A stretch of DNA of 63,974 nt, counting the filler, from Octopus bimaculoides (lineage: Eukaryota), in the NCBI RefSeq assembly GCF_001194135.2. It is 5 parts of 5 records of this genome, joined end to end, with 100 filler letters (N's around TTAATTAATTAA, not from the genome) between each part and the next. Parts side by side here need not be neighbours in the genome. Positions count along the whole stretch, not along the records: positions 1 to 22,742 come from NC_068996.1; positions 22,843 to 29,089 come from NC_068985.1; 3 more parts are not named here. The stretch is one strand, 5' to 3'. The stretch's first letter is position 1, and the number at the start of each line of letters is the position of its first letter. Positions 13,195-23,865 of the stretch are shown here, one piece after another. Made by a program: the position numbers and the translations under genes. The notes beneath the pieces were generated by a model. The model searched no databases. It saw only the letters and a list, made by a program, of their open reading frames with translations, and had not been told where the DNA came from.

Positions 13195-13960
13195 GTCTGC
13201 ATTGATCTCAAGCCTCTATCTCCATCGCTTCTTAGGTGAATCCTATCGATATCACTGCTCTTGTGGAGATTTCAAGTTGATGTCAGTACCATGTGGGTTT
13301 TAATGTCTATGGAGTGGATTTCTCCTACAGATCAATCAAATATCCCAAATATTGATTCAGCACTGGTCCTAAAAATATAATGTGAAATGTTGTCTTATCA
13401 GAGGAGAATTCCGAATTCCATATTTTTCTAAGTCTGGTATGATATTCTTGGGTCGCTCAATCTTTATTCACAGTTTTTACGTATATGTTTTCATAAATGC
13501 ATAAGTATTTGTAGCAGATTTGTGTGAAAGAGGAGAATAGTGAGACCATTGATGCACAGGTTTGGGGTTTAGGCGAGTGATTTATCCCATTCAACAATCA
13601 AATATGAACATTTCTTTTGGCCAAATTCCATTCCTATGTCAGCTGAAAATGTTATTAATTCCATCTGTTTTTTTGACATAACATTTTTGGCATAGATCTT
13701 GAGGTTATCCACAAAGAAATTACAGATTGCATTATTATCTTTCCCTAGAATGTAGCCGTTTGATTTCTGTAACAGGAATGATAATGGATTTAATGCCAAA
13801 ATGAAAAGAATTACAGAAAGACTACCTCCTTGGAATATTCTCTTTGAAATACTTACGGCATTGGAAACGATCGTTCCGCTCTCAGTTCTAAGCGTTAGAA
13901 TTATTGCCCAGGTCTTTCTGAGATACAATCGCAGCAATTAAGATAGCAGGATTAACATAC
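13195..13960 (-). mobile_element. R4-clade RT fragment (QG/YXDD region to the GGRGL motif)
   Basis: RIFQGGSLSVILFILALNPLSFLL...FFVDNLKIYAK...IGMEFGQKKC...RSDGDRGLRS. Confidence 0.8.
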
Positions 13961-14184
13961 CTCAAAGAAGACCTGGATGTGAGATGCTTAGCATAGCAAA
14001 ACAGACCATGCCTGAGTTGTTTCCTGAAGACTTAGAGATGACGCAAATATCAACTTGAAATAATAATACCAACATGAAGTGCAGCCTCTCTTGGACTCAT
14101 GATCGCTAATCCCATCACACTTCGAAGGTTATACATTTACAATGCAAGAACAGAAAATTGCCCTAGATTATTGTAATTTTAGCA

Positions 14185-14415
14185 TACTCTTTACTCGCTT
14201 TTACTCTTTTGCTTGTTTCAGTCATTTGACTGCGGCCATGCTGGAGCACCGCCTTTGGTCGAGAAAATCGACCCCAGAACTTATTCTTTGTAAGCCTAGT
14301 ACTTATTCTATCAGTCTCTTTTTGCCGAACCGCTAAGTTACGGGGACGTAAACACACCAGCATCGGTTGTCAAGCGATGTTGGGGGACAAACACAGACAC
14401 ACAACCACACACACA

Positions 14416-14461
<46 letters not shown>

Positions 14462-14592
14462 CATATATATATATATATTGGTCGACCCGAGGCTATAGTA
14501 GAAGATACTTGCCGAAAGTGCCACGCAGTGGGACTGAACTCGGAACCATGTTGTTGGTAAGCAAGCTACTTACCACACAGCCACTCCTGCGC
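14185..14592 (-). mobile_element. SINE family 1, full length with internal (CA/TA)n
   Basis: tRNA-like head GCGCAGGAGTGGCTGTGTGGTAAG through to the AAACAAG...AAAAGAGTA tail. Confidence 0.9.
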
Positions 14593-14599
14593 ATATCGT

Positions 14600-15275
14600 T
14601 ACTCTACATCTAAAAGCTGACCTGCCAACTTTAGTTATTCCAAATTGAAGGAGACCACTGTAACAGCGCTTTGGACACGCTCCACTAAACGCTTTTCGTC
14701 ACAGTTGAGTAATTTGTGGAATGCTGTCGGTAGGTGAAGACAATTTGGAATGTCACTGTGCACGAAAATGCTACAGAAACATATGAAGTGCTCCAGACTG
14801 GTCATAAATTAATTTGTATGAGTCGAGGATGTGTCTTTCGATGGCAAGAGAAGCCAGGCAAAGCAAGCCTACCAGGAAACTCATGAGGATCCTCTTTTTG
14901 GACAGCAAGGGAATCATCTACATACGCTGAGTTCCTACTGGTCAGGCGATCAGCAAAGAGGTCTTGAGGGAATTCAGGAAATCCTGCAGCAGGACAATGC
15001 ACCAGTTCATAACACCTCTAGGTAACCGACTAGTTGACTTAAACGGGATTCACTGACCCTCTTACTCACTACAGCCCAGATCTTGCCCCCTGTGACTTTT
15101 GGTTGTTCCGCAAACGGAAGGAGAAGAAGATGGAGGTTATGACACGGGTTCTAGACACCTTCACGTTGGAGGTCTTCCAAAGGACCTTCATGAACCTTTT
15201 GAGTTTTGTAGTTCTTTGAAATTATTAAATATCAGTCCTAACGAAGTCTCAGAACATCTAGAATACACCTTGCAT
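14600..15275 (+). mobile_element. Internally deleted mariner (second family)
   Basis: KNATETYEVLQT...CVFRW; LFLDSKGII; QQDNAPVH; YSPDLAPCDFWLF; TIR-like end CTAGAATACACCTTGCA then TA. Confidence 0.75.
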
Positions 15276-15465
15276 ATAACGTGTATAATGAATATATTAT
15301 GTAACTTAGTGTTATTCGTCTAAATAACTTAAGCAGGTTCCTCTATTTTATAAGCCTGGTTTTCCTTTTCTTTCTCTCTTCTTTCTTTTCTCTTCCTCTC
15401 TCCTTCCTCTCTCTCGCCACACACTCAAACACACACGCACAGATACATATAAATACAAACAAACA

Positions 15466-15543
<78 letters not shown>

Positions 15544-16096
15544 ATGTATGCATGTGGGCGTGTGTAAATATACGATATATTCCTGTCCGTCTACCTGTTT
15601 GTCACTCTATCTCTTTCTTCATCTCTCTCTCTTTTTCTTTCTCTTCCTCTCTTTCCCTCCCTCTCTCACCACACACACACACTTACATGCACATATATAC
15701 GTACACACATATACACGCGCACGCGCGCACACATACACATGCATGCATGTGTATGTGTGCGTGTGAATATAAGATACATTCTTATGTCTGTCTGTTTCTC
15801 TGTATGTCTCAGCCTCTCTTCAAGTTTCCCTCTTTCTCTCCCTTCTCCACCCCCCCCCCATCTCTCTCTCCTACTGGTGTTCTTTGATTTATCCATCACA
15901 TATTCATAACCGAAACCCAATCTTTAGGTTTCCGTATCAGCAATATTTATTCTTCTGACAAGTCAAAGAAACAAAACAAAACAATAAAAAAGAGAAACAA
16001 AAATTACGTCACGTTTGTGTGTTTTCTTCGTCATGAGTATACGTTTACGTATGTTTGTCTGCTTTTAATGTTCATGTACTTGAATCTCTGTATGTA

Positions 16097-16134
<38 letters not shown>

Positions 16135-17307
16135 CGCTTGCATATGTGTCAGTGTGAATGCATGTTCGCGATTGCGGCGCGTGTCTGCGTGTGTGTATGA
16201 GAATACATTTGTTCTCGTGTGAATACGTGCATTCGCTTCCGCAAGTGTGTAAAGACTTGATTGTGTATATGTGTACATGCGTGCGCACATGTCTATGTAT
16301 GTGTGTGTGATGTGAGTGTGTGTGTGTGTGTATATATGTGCGTGTGCATGTGTGTGTATGTGTGTCTTTTGTGTATATACTGGCTCAATGGCTTCGATTT
16401 GTCTTTTGTTATTCCTTCCAAGCTGTTAAGACAGCTATTTGGTTACATACGAGAAGAATAGTTTAACAGGGACGAAAACGAGGCGAATTACGTCATCTAC
16501 GCAGATTTTTTTTCAGCATAATTACAAGTTGCGTCTTTTCTGTTTAGTCTTCAAACATATTTCTTTTCACATCCAGGCTGCATTTCAAACAATATTAAAT
16601 CGTTGTCATTCTTTGACCTGAGTGATACTTTATTGAGCTTCGTCAAAGGACAAACAGATAGATTTTATTTAAACTGGGATGATGATATTATTGGGATTCG
16701 AACTCAAAACGTGAAGGATCATAACAAAATATTACAGGCATTGTATGTAACTGACTAAGAATGCTGGCAAAATGGTTGGGAAGGCAAATTTATGAATAAA
16801 GAATGAAAGAGAGAAAAAGAGAGAGTGGGGAGGCAGAGAAAGAAAGAAAGAAAGAAAGAAATAGAGGCAGAAAGAAAGAGAAATAAAAACGGTTATTGGG
16901 GGAAAATATTATAAAAGTAAATATTGAAAGGTGAAGCATAAGGTAGCGTCATTTGGTAGAATTTTTAGGGTATCGGGCAAAAATGCCTGCGGTATTTTGT
17001 CAACCTTTGCATTGCAAAAAGTAGTCGTGCGTGAATGTCGATTTAAGATTTCTATAAAGCACCCTAGAGGTATATGGAATTCATAATGGAAGAAGAAAAA
17101 ATATGGAACAAACATTCTTCCAACACATTTCTGAAATATTTTTATTGCTGACTGTGAAATAGCGTCTTTCTTTCTTTCTTTCTTTTTTTCGTATACAAGT
17201 AATTAAGGTTCAACTACCCGCTGGATAAGTCCGTCGTTATCGTCAACAATCTATTCCAGTGTGAAAACGAATTGCCTGGTCACATTTCACAGTATGTATG
17301 TATGTCT

Positions 17308-19182
17308 CTTTTATTTTTTAATTATTACAAAACTTCCACTGAGGAGGTAGCCAGTTTCCAACAAAGAGACAAGGCTCCATCTTTGGGATGTACTTAACAT
17401 AGACAAATTCACATTTGAAACTTGAGAAAAGACATGCATATTCTCACTGTTCCACTCACAGATTGCACTTGTAATGTACGAATTAGCCGGTCGATTTCTC
17501 TTTCTGAAAATCTCAGTTTATCCAGATTCTCCTTTAAACATTTACTAACAAAACTTAGTGCTCCAATTATTATTGGTATAAATATGAATTCATAGTCTGG
17601 ATACAGAAGCTGGAGGTTTCGAAGCAGTTGTCCATAGATAACCTCCTTTTCTTTGATTTTTCAAAGAGATATTTATATCTGCAGGGAAGCTGACCTCTTT
17701 GACAGTACACATCTTTGTCCCTCTGTCCCAAACGACATTATCCGGGTTGTTGTGTTTACATTTGACAGAAGTTTTAATGGGAATACTCCTCCAGTATTCT
17801 TTGAGTTGGTGTTTATGAATGTATTCCATAACAGAGGGACTTTCTAAGTTTATTCAGGACAGTCTTTCTTGCGGACGGCATTGTAAATTGTTTTAGCGAC
17901 AACATCGTGTCGCATAAGGGAGGTAGTACCGTGATGACATTTTAGGACAGCTGCTAATCACGTGCGTGATGTCTTCCACAGAAACATCACATAGCCTACA
18001 CATGCGGTTACACCTTGAATGTTTTACACAATGTTGCTCACTTCACTTTTCAGCACTGCGTTTATATATTTATTTTTGCTACTGTTGTTCAGCAGGTGCT
18101 GCCCGAGTGATACCATACGGCATTCTAAGGCCGTCTGCATCAATCTCAGGCCTCTTTCTTTTCTTTGCGCCCTTTTAAAGCCTAGCCAGGCTCATCGGCC
18201 CGGTTTCTCGGTTTCTATGGCGTATGTGTGTCTCCCTCCCAGCTGGACGGGACGCCAGTCCATCGCAGCTTTACTCAAGAAACAGGAAGAAAGAGTGAGA
18301 GAAAGTTGAGGCAAAAGAGTACAACAGAGGTCACCCCCCTTCCCGGAGCCTCGTGGAGCTTTAGGTGTTTTCGCTGAATAAACACACACAACGCCTGATC
18401 TGGGAATCGAAACCCCGATCCTCCAACCGCGAGTCCACTGCCCTAACCACTGGGCCATTGCGCTTCTACAATCTCAGGTCTCTACCACCTTCATTTCTTC
18501 TTAGATAGCGCCTGTCAACATCACTGTTTCTGTGGAAGTTTCCAGTTGTTGTCAGGATTTTTCAGGTTTTGATATCTATGAAGTGGATTTCCTCTACAGA
18601 CCAATCAAGTATCCGAAATGTGGGGATCAGCACTGGTACTGCAAATGCATTGTGGGATATTGTTTTGTTGTAAGAAGAGAGTTCTGACTGCTATATTTTC
18701 CTAAGTCTGGTGTAATTTTCTCGGGTTACTATCTTTATTCACAGTGCCTTCATATGATACATGTTCGTCTATGCCTAGGTACTTGTAACATTTTTTGTGT
18801 GGAATGGAGGAGATGCACAGGTTTTGGGTTTGGGGGACTGACTTTCCTCGTTCTATACCCAAATATGAATATTTCTTTTGGCCAAATTCCATGCCTATAT
18901 CAGCTGGAAATTTTGATATTAATTTCAGTTGTTTTTTGGCATTGTTAACACTTTAAACATAAATCTTCAAGTCGTCTGCAAAAAATTATGAGTTACTTTG
19001 ATATTTCTAACAGTTGAAGATTCTAGCATGTAACCATTTGTTTTCTGTAGTGAAGACGATAATAGATTCAGTGCCAAAATGAAAAGAAGTACAGAAAGTT
19101 TATTCCCTCTGAGATGCCTGTACTATCTGAAACAATTATTCTGTTCTCAGTTGGTAAGGTAGGAACTGTTGTCCACGTCTTT
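17308..19182 (-). mobile_element. R4-clade element (RT, CCHC, RLE, 3' UTR), 5'-truncated and interrupted by a SINE
   Basis: FADDLKIY...IGMEFGQKK...YLRRNEGGRDLR|SINE|RGLRL...CRLCDVSVEDITHVISSCP...HNNPDNVVWD...FPADINI...FIPIIIGAL; (CATA)n on both flanks. Confidence 0.85.
18156..18468 (-). mobile_element. tRNA-derived SINE family 2 variant with a 15-bp TSD
   Basis: Head GCGCAATGGCCCAGTGGTTAGGGCAG; TSD CAATCTCAGGCCTCT (18141-18155) and CAATCTCAGGTCTCT (18469-18483). Confidence 0.9.
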
Positions 19183-19311
19183 GTTTGTTTGTATGTATGT
19201 ATGTATGTATGTATGTATGTATGTATGTATGTATGTATGCATGCATGCATGTATGTATGTATGTATGTATGCATGCATGCATGTATGTATGTATGTATGC
19301 ATGCATGTATG

Positions 19312-19343
<32 letters not shown>

Positions 19344-19356
19344 TATATATATGTAT

Positions 19357-19397
<41 letters not shown>

Positions 19398-19656
19398 GAT
19401 ATATATATAAAGTAACAAACTATGGAAAGGAATTCCTTCAAAGGGGTGTGTAAAACATTCAATTCACTGGTACATAAGTTGGATACCCTATAAATATGGG
19501 TATTATGCAAATTACTAACAATAAATTAGAGAAATACAATTGACAATCCAATAATCTATCTATATTATGGTATAATATAATATACTATGAATATAATATA
19601 ATATAGGATAACATTAAAAAATCATTAAAAAACCAAATGAGGCAAAAATTTATTTC

Positions 19657-20492
19657 GACTTATATACATTTTTTGATCTATAAACAATTCAGTTCACTTA
19701 TATAAGTCCAATCAGACTTATATACATTTTTTGATCTATAAACAATTCAGTTCACTTATATAAGTCCAATCAGACTTATATACATTTTTTGATCTATAAA
19801 CAATTCAGTTCACTTATATAAGTCCAATCAGACTTATNNNNNNNNNNNNNNNNNNNNNNNNNNNNNNNNNNNNNNNNNNNNNNNNNNNNNNNNNNNNNNN
19901 NNNNNNNNNNNNNNNNNNNNNNNNNNNNNNNNNNNNNNNNNNNNNNNNNNNNNNNNNNNNNNNNNNNNNNNNNNNNNNNNNNNNNNNNNNNNNNNNNNNN
20001 NNNNNNNNNNNNNNNNNNNNNNNNNNNNNNNNNNNNNNNNNNNNNNNNNNNNNNNNNNNNNNNNNNNNNNNNNNNNNNNNNNNNNNNNNNNNNNNNNNNN
20101 NNNNNNNNNNNNNNNNNNNNNNNNNNNNNNNNNNNNNNNNNNNNNNNNNNNNNNNNNNNNNNNNNNNNNNNNNNNNNNNNNNNNNNNNNNNNNNNNNNNN
20201 NNNNNNNNNNNNNNNNNNNNNNNNNNNNNNNNNNNNNNNNNNNNNNNNNNNNNNNNNNNNNNNNNNNNNNNNNNNNNNNNNNNNNNNNNNNNNNNNNNNN
20301 NNNNNNNNNTTCAGTTCACTTATATAAGTCCAATCAGACTTATATACATTTTTTGATCTATAAACAATTCAGTTCACTTATATAAGTCCAATCAGACTTA
20401 TATACATTTTTTGATCTATAAACAATTCAGTTCACTTATATAAGTCCAATCAGACTTATATACATTTTTTGATCTATAAACAATTCAGTTAA
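19657..20492. repeat. 58-bp tandem repeat array (middle lies in an N gap)
   Basis: Unit GACTTATATACATTTTTTGATCTATAAACAATTCAGTTCACTTATATAAGTCCAATCA starts at 19657, 19715 and 19773 and resumes at 20310. Confidence 0.95.
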
Positions 20493-20896
20493 ACAATTCA
20501 GTTAAAAAAAACTACAAAACTATAGCAAACAAAATAATTAAGTAAATAGAATCTAATCGAAATATATTTCTATAGATCTCAAATAATATTAATCCAAACT
20601 CGTTTAGGTCGAAGACAATCTTTGGCTATTATAATAACATGCAACAACAATATATAGTTATATAAATTAAGTATCAGGGTCTTAATCTAGAGACTGTAAT
20701 AAAACGTGTAAATAAATATAAATAATAATGTACTATTATATTGCTAATATATAACAACTCTACTCTTTGTTTAAAGTTATTGATATAAAAAAAGATTGTT
20801 TAAAGAAACAAAAAATGTTCTTTATTTATCAAAGACTATTTATAATCCTTTATATATAAAAAAAACAATATTAATTATATTTATCGAGGATATGCA

Positions 20897-21002
<106 letters not shown>

Positions 21003-21057
21003 CGTATATATATGTGTGTGTGTGTGTATGCATGTATGTTTGTATGTATGTATGTGT

Positions 21058-21306
21058 GGAGGCGCTTGGCTTAGTGGTTAGAGTGTCAGCATCATGATCG
21101 TAAGATTGTGGTTTCGATTCCTAGACCGGGCGACGCGTTGTGTTCTTGAGCAAAACACTTCATTTCACGTTGCTCCAGTCCACTCAGCTGCCCAAAATGC
21201 GTAACGCTGCGATGGACTAGCGTCCCGTCCAGCTGGGGAGCACATACGCCATTGAAACCGGGAAACCGGGCCCATGAGACTGGCTAGGCTTTAAAAGGGC
21301 GCATTT
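21058..21306 (+). mobile_element. tRNA-derived SINE with CORE-like and V-like blocks
   Basis: GGAGGCGC..GGCTTAGTGGTTAG...GTTCTTGAGCAAAACACTT...GCTGCGATGGACTAGCGTCCCGTCCAG...GGCTTTAAAAGGGCGCA. Confidence 0.85.
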
Positions 21307-21574
21307 ATCATTTTTTATGTATGTATGTATGTATGTACATATACATATACCATAAGTAATCGGGATCATTTACCATTAAAGCTCCAAACACAAATGGTGT
21401 AGCAGCCTGTAGTAATGATTGGCTATAAATGGCGCATCATTGTCCACGTGAATTAATAGATATATGTTGGAATCATAAGTTACATGCTGTAAAGTGTCAC
21501 CACATGATCTGATTTTCATTCTTTCTTTCCATTATATATATATATATGTATATATTTACGTGTATAAAATATAA

Positions 21575-21970
21575 AATTCTTTAACAGGAATAGTATTGAC
21601 TGTGACTTCGAAGTTCCGGCCACCTGAGCCATCTCATCATCGTTCTTTGTTATATGTAGCTAGGTTTTATATAGTCTCTGTTAAATTGAAGACTTCTTGG
21701 TTAGGTGAAGATCTGTTGAAAGGTCATTAGATGTATCGTTGTTTGTGGGCAGTATGGAGAAATTTATATGTATATATTTATATATATTTATATCGGCAAT
21801 TTTCGGACCATTATGGTCCCTGTTAATGTATATGTTTTCATTCATGTATGTTAACTGCAGTATCAGAGCAGTTTAATTCTTATTTCTAGCAATGTAAGTG
21901 TTTCCTAACACTCTTGTCACATTTAGCTTCATTTACAATTCTCCTTTTAGGTGAAAAATTGCAAACTGCT
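21575..21970 (-). mobile_element. Penelope-like pLTR remnant with a degenerate hammerhead
   Basis: Minus strand (A)TGATGA-GATGGCTCAGGTGGCC-GGAA-CTTCGAAGTC; upstream sequence resembles a GIY-YIG C-terminus. Confidence 0.4.
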
Positions 21971-21973
21971 CCT

Positions 21974-22379
21974 TTACTTGTTTCAGTCATTTGACTGCGG
22001 CCATGCTGGAGCACCGCCTTTAGTCGAGCAAATCGACCCCAGAACTTATTCTTTGTAAGCCTAATACTTATTCTATCGGTCTCTTTTGCCGAACCGCTAA
22101 GTTACGGGGACCTAAACACACCAGCATTGGTTGTCAAGCGACGTTGGAGAGACAAACACAGACACACAAACACACATACGTACATATATATATATATATA
22201 CATATACGACAGGCTTCGTTCAGTTTCCATCTACCAAATCCACTCACAAGGCTTTGGTCGGCACGAGGCTATAGTAGAAGACACTTGCCCAAGGTGCCAC
22301 GCAGTGAGAATGAACCCGGAACCATGTTGTTGGAAAGCAAGCTACTTACCACACAGAGCAAGCTACTTACTCCTACGCC
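21974..22379 (-). mobile_element. SINE family 1, full length
   Basis: Same consensus as 14185; local 21-bp duplication GCAAGCTACTTAC in the head. Confidence 0.9.
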
Positions 22380-22842
22380 TTTATATTATATTATATTATA
22401 TTATATTATATATATATATATATGAATCTTTTATAATAACTGATTGATCATTTCATTCGCTAGTTCTCTCCTCCAAACTGCTGGAAGAGCTTTTCGATTA
22501 AAGTATGATGCTTTGAAGATTCTCCTACCAGATTCATCCTAATTACGACCAAATCAAAGCGATTGTTCTCAATTTCATCCTTGTATTTCGCAATCTTTAA
22601 CTGGTATACATTCTCAAGAAATTTAATAGTGGTTTCGTCCATCCATCCAAAGTGTTTCAAGCCAACCATCTACTATTACCAAATTGACAATCCCTAATGT
22701 ATGTGTCTCTGAATGATCGATATATATATATATATATATATANNNNNNNNNNNNNNNNNNNNNNNNNNNNNNNNNNNNNNNNNNNNTTAATTAATTAANN
22801 NNNNNNNNNNNNNNNNNNNNNNNNNNNNNNNNNNNNNNNNNN

Positions 22843-22952
22843 GTCACCCGCACGAAGGCCAGTCAGGCGGTACTGGCAACGGCCACGCTCGAAATGTTGT
22901 ATTTTATGTGCCACCCGCACAAGAGCCAGCCCATGGGCACTGGCAACGATCC
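22843..22952 (-). mobile_element. RTE 3' UTR fragment
   Basis: Matches the RTE 3' UTR at 45180-45298 and 47760-47880. Confidence 0.7.
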
Positions 22953-22959
22953 CCATTTT

Positions 22960-23165
22960 AATTTTCGTAAAAGTTTCCAAGTACCAATGAGGCTTTTTGA
23001 CACATCATCAATTTTCCCCATTCATGAGAGGCGCACAACCATCATTCATCTGAGAGTCCATCTACAGAATGTCCTCAAATTTCTATACAGCATATTTTGC
23101 CTTTTTTTTCTTCAAGTATATAAGCAACAATTTCATTCCCGAGCAACGCCGGGTGCCTCTGCTAG
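22960..23165 (+). mobile_element. Helitron remnant: RepHel motif fused to the 3' terminus
   Basis: FPIHERRTTIIHLRVHLQN resembles the RepHel FPIHER.P.V..L.VHL.N motif; hairpin CCCGAGCAACGCCGGG (23138-23153), then CTAG (23162-23165) followed by T. Confidence 0.75.
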
Positions 23166-23411
23166 TATATATATATAACGTAAAAATCGTCAAAACATAA
23201 CAAGCACGAAAAGGACGATAGCACAACAATGGGAAATAAGACAAAACAAGATACATGGATCATTCGCAGCCAATTGCTTTTTCAGTCAGAATCTGGAATG
23301 TCCGCGTAGTTTCACCCAATAATGATTAAATAAATGCTATAGTTATCCACTTTATAAAGTTCAACTTCTAATGGAGCTTCAGGAATATAAATTAACTACT
23401 GTTTGAATCCC

Positions 23412-23503
23412 TTAACTCTGATGAGAGAAGTATAGATAAAAGTTATGGTTGGAGTTAGCTCGCCCATATCAACCTATATCTCGTCGAAACGGCCGTAAGA
23501 TGA
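23412..23503 (+). ncRNA. Type I hammerhead ribozyme motif with long stem II
   Basis: CTGATGA 23418-24; GAAA 23486-89; stem III ACG-GC-CGT; GUA triplet 23495-97; stem I TTAACT/AGATGA (5 of 6 pairs). Confidence 0.7.
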
Positions 23504-23629
23504 TTTACGATTCTTCATGAATCATCTTATACTAACTTTTTTTATCTACCCTCCTCATTGATTCCAATACGGACATACGGACTTCGCAAGTTCGCAAGTG
23601 CATCTATTTATTTATATTTATGTGTTTAC

Positions 23630-23865
23630 TCTTTTACTTGTTTCAGTCATTTGACTGCGGCCATACTGGAGCACCGCAGTTAGTCGAGCAAATCGACCCT
23701 AGGACTTATTCTTTGTAAGCCTAGTACTTATTCTATCGGACTTTTTTGCCGAACAACTAAATGACGGGGGCCTAAACATACCAGCATCGGTTGTCAAGCG
23801 ATGTTGTGGGACAAACACAGGCACACAATCACATACACAGACATACATACATATATATATATATA
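23630..23865 (-). mobile_element. SINE family 1, 3' half (remainder in gap)
   Basis: TTTTACTTGTTTCAGTCATTTGACTGCGGCC...GGACAAACACAG. Confidence 0.85.

Noticed and set aside
19657-20492. CRISPR-like array
   Set aside because: Head-to-tail identical units with no spacers, in a eukaryotic context.
22787-22798. TTAATTAATTAA flanked by Ns (also at 29134, 33057 and 51370)
   Set aside because: Identical 12-mer centred in 100-base N blocks; an assembly spacer with stops in all frames, not biological.
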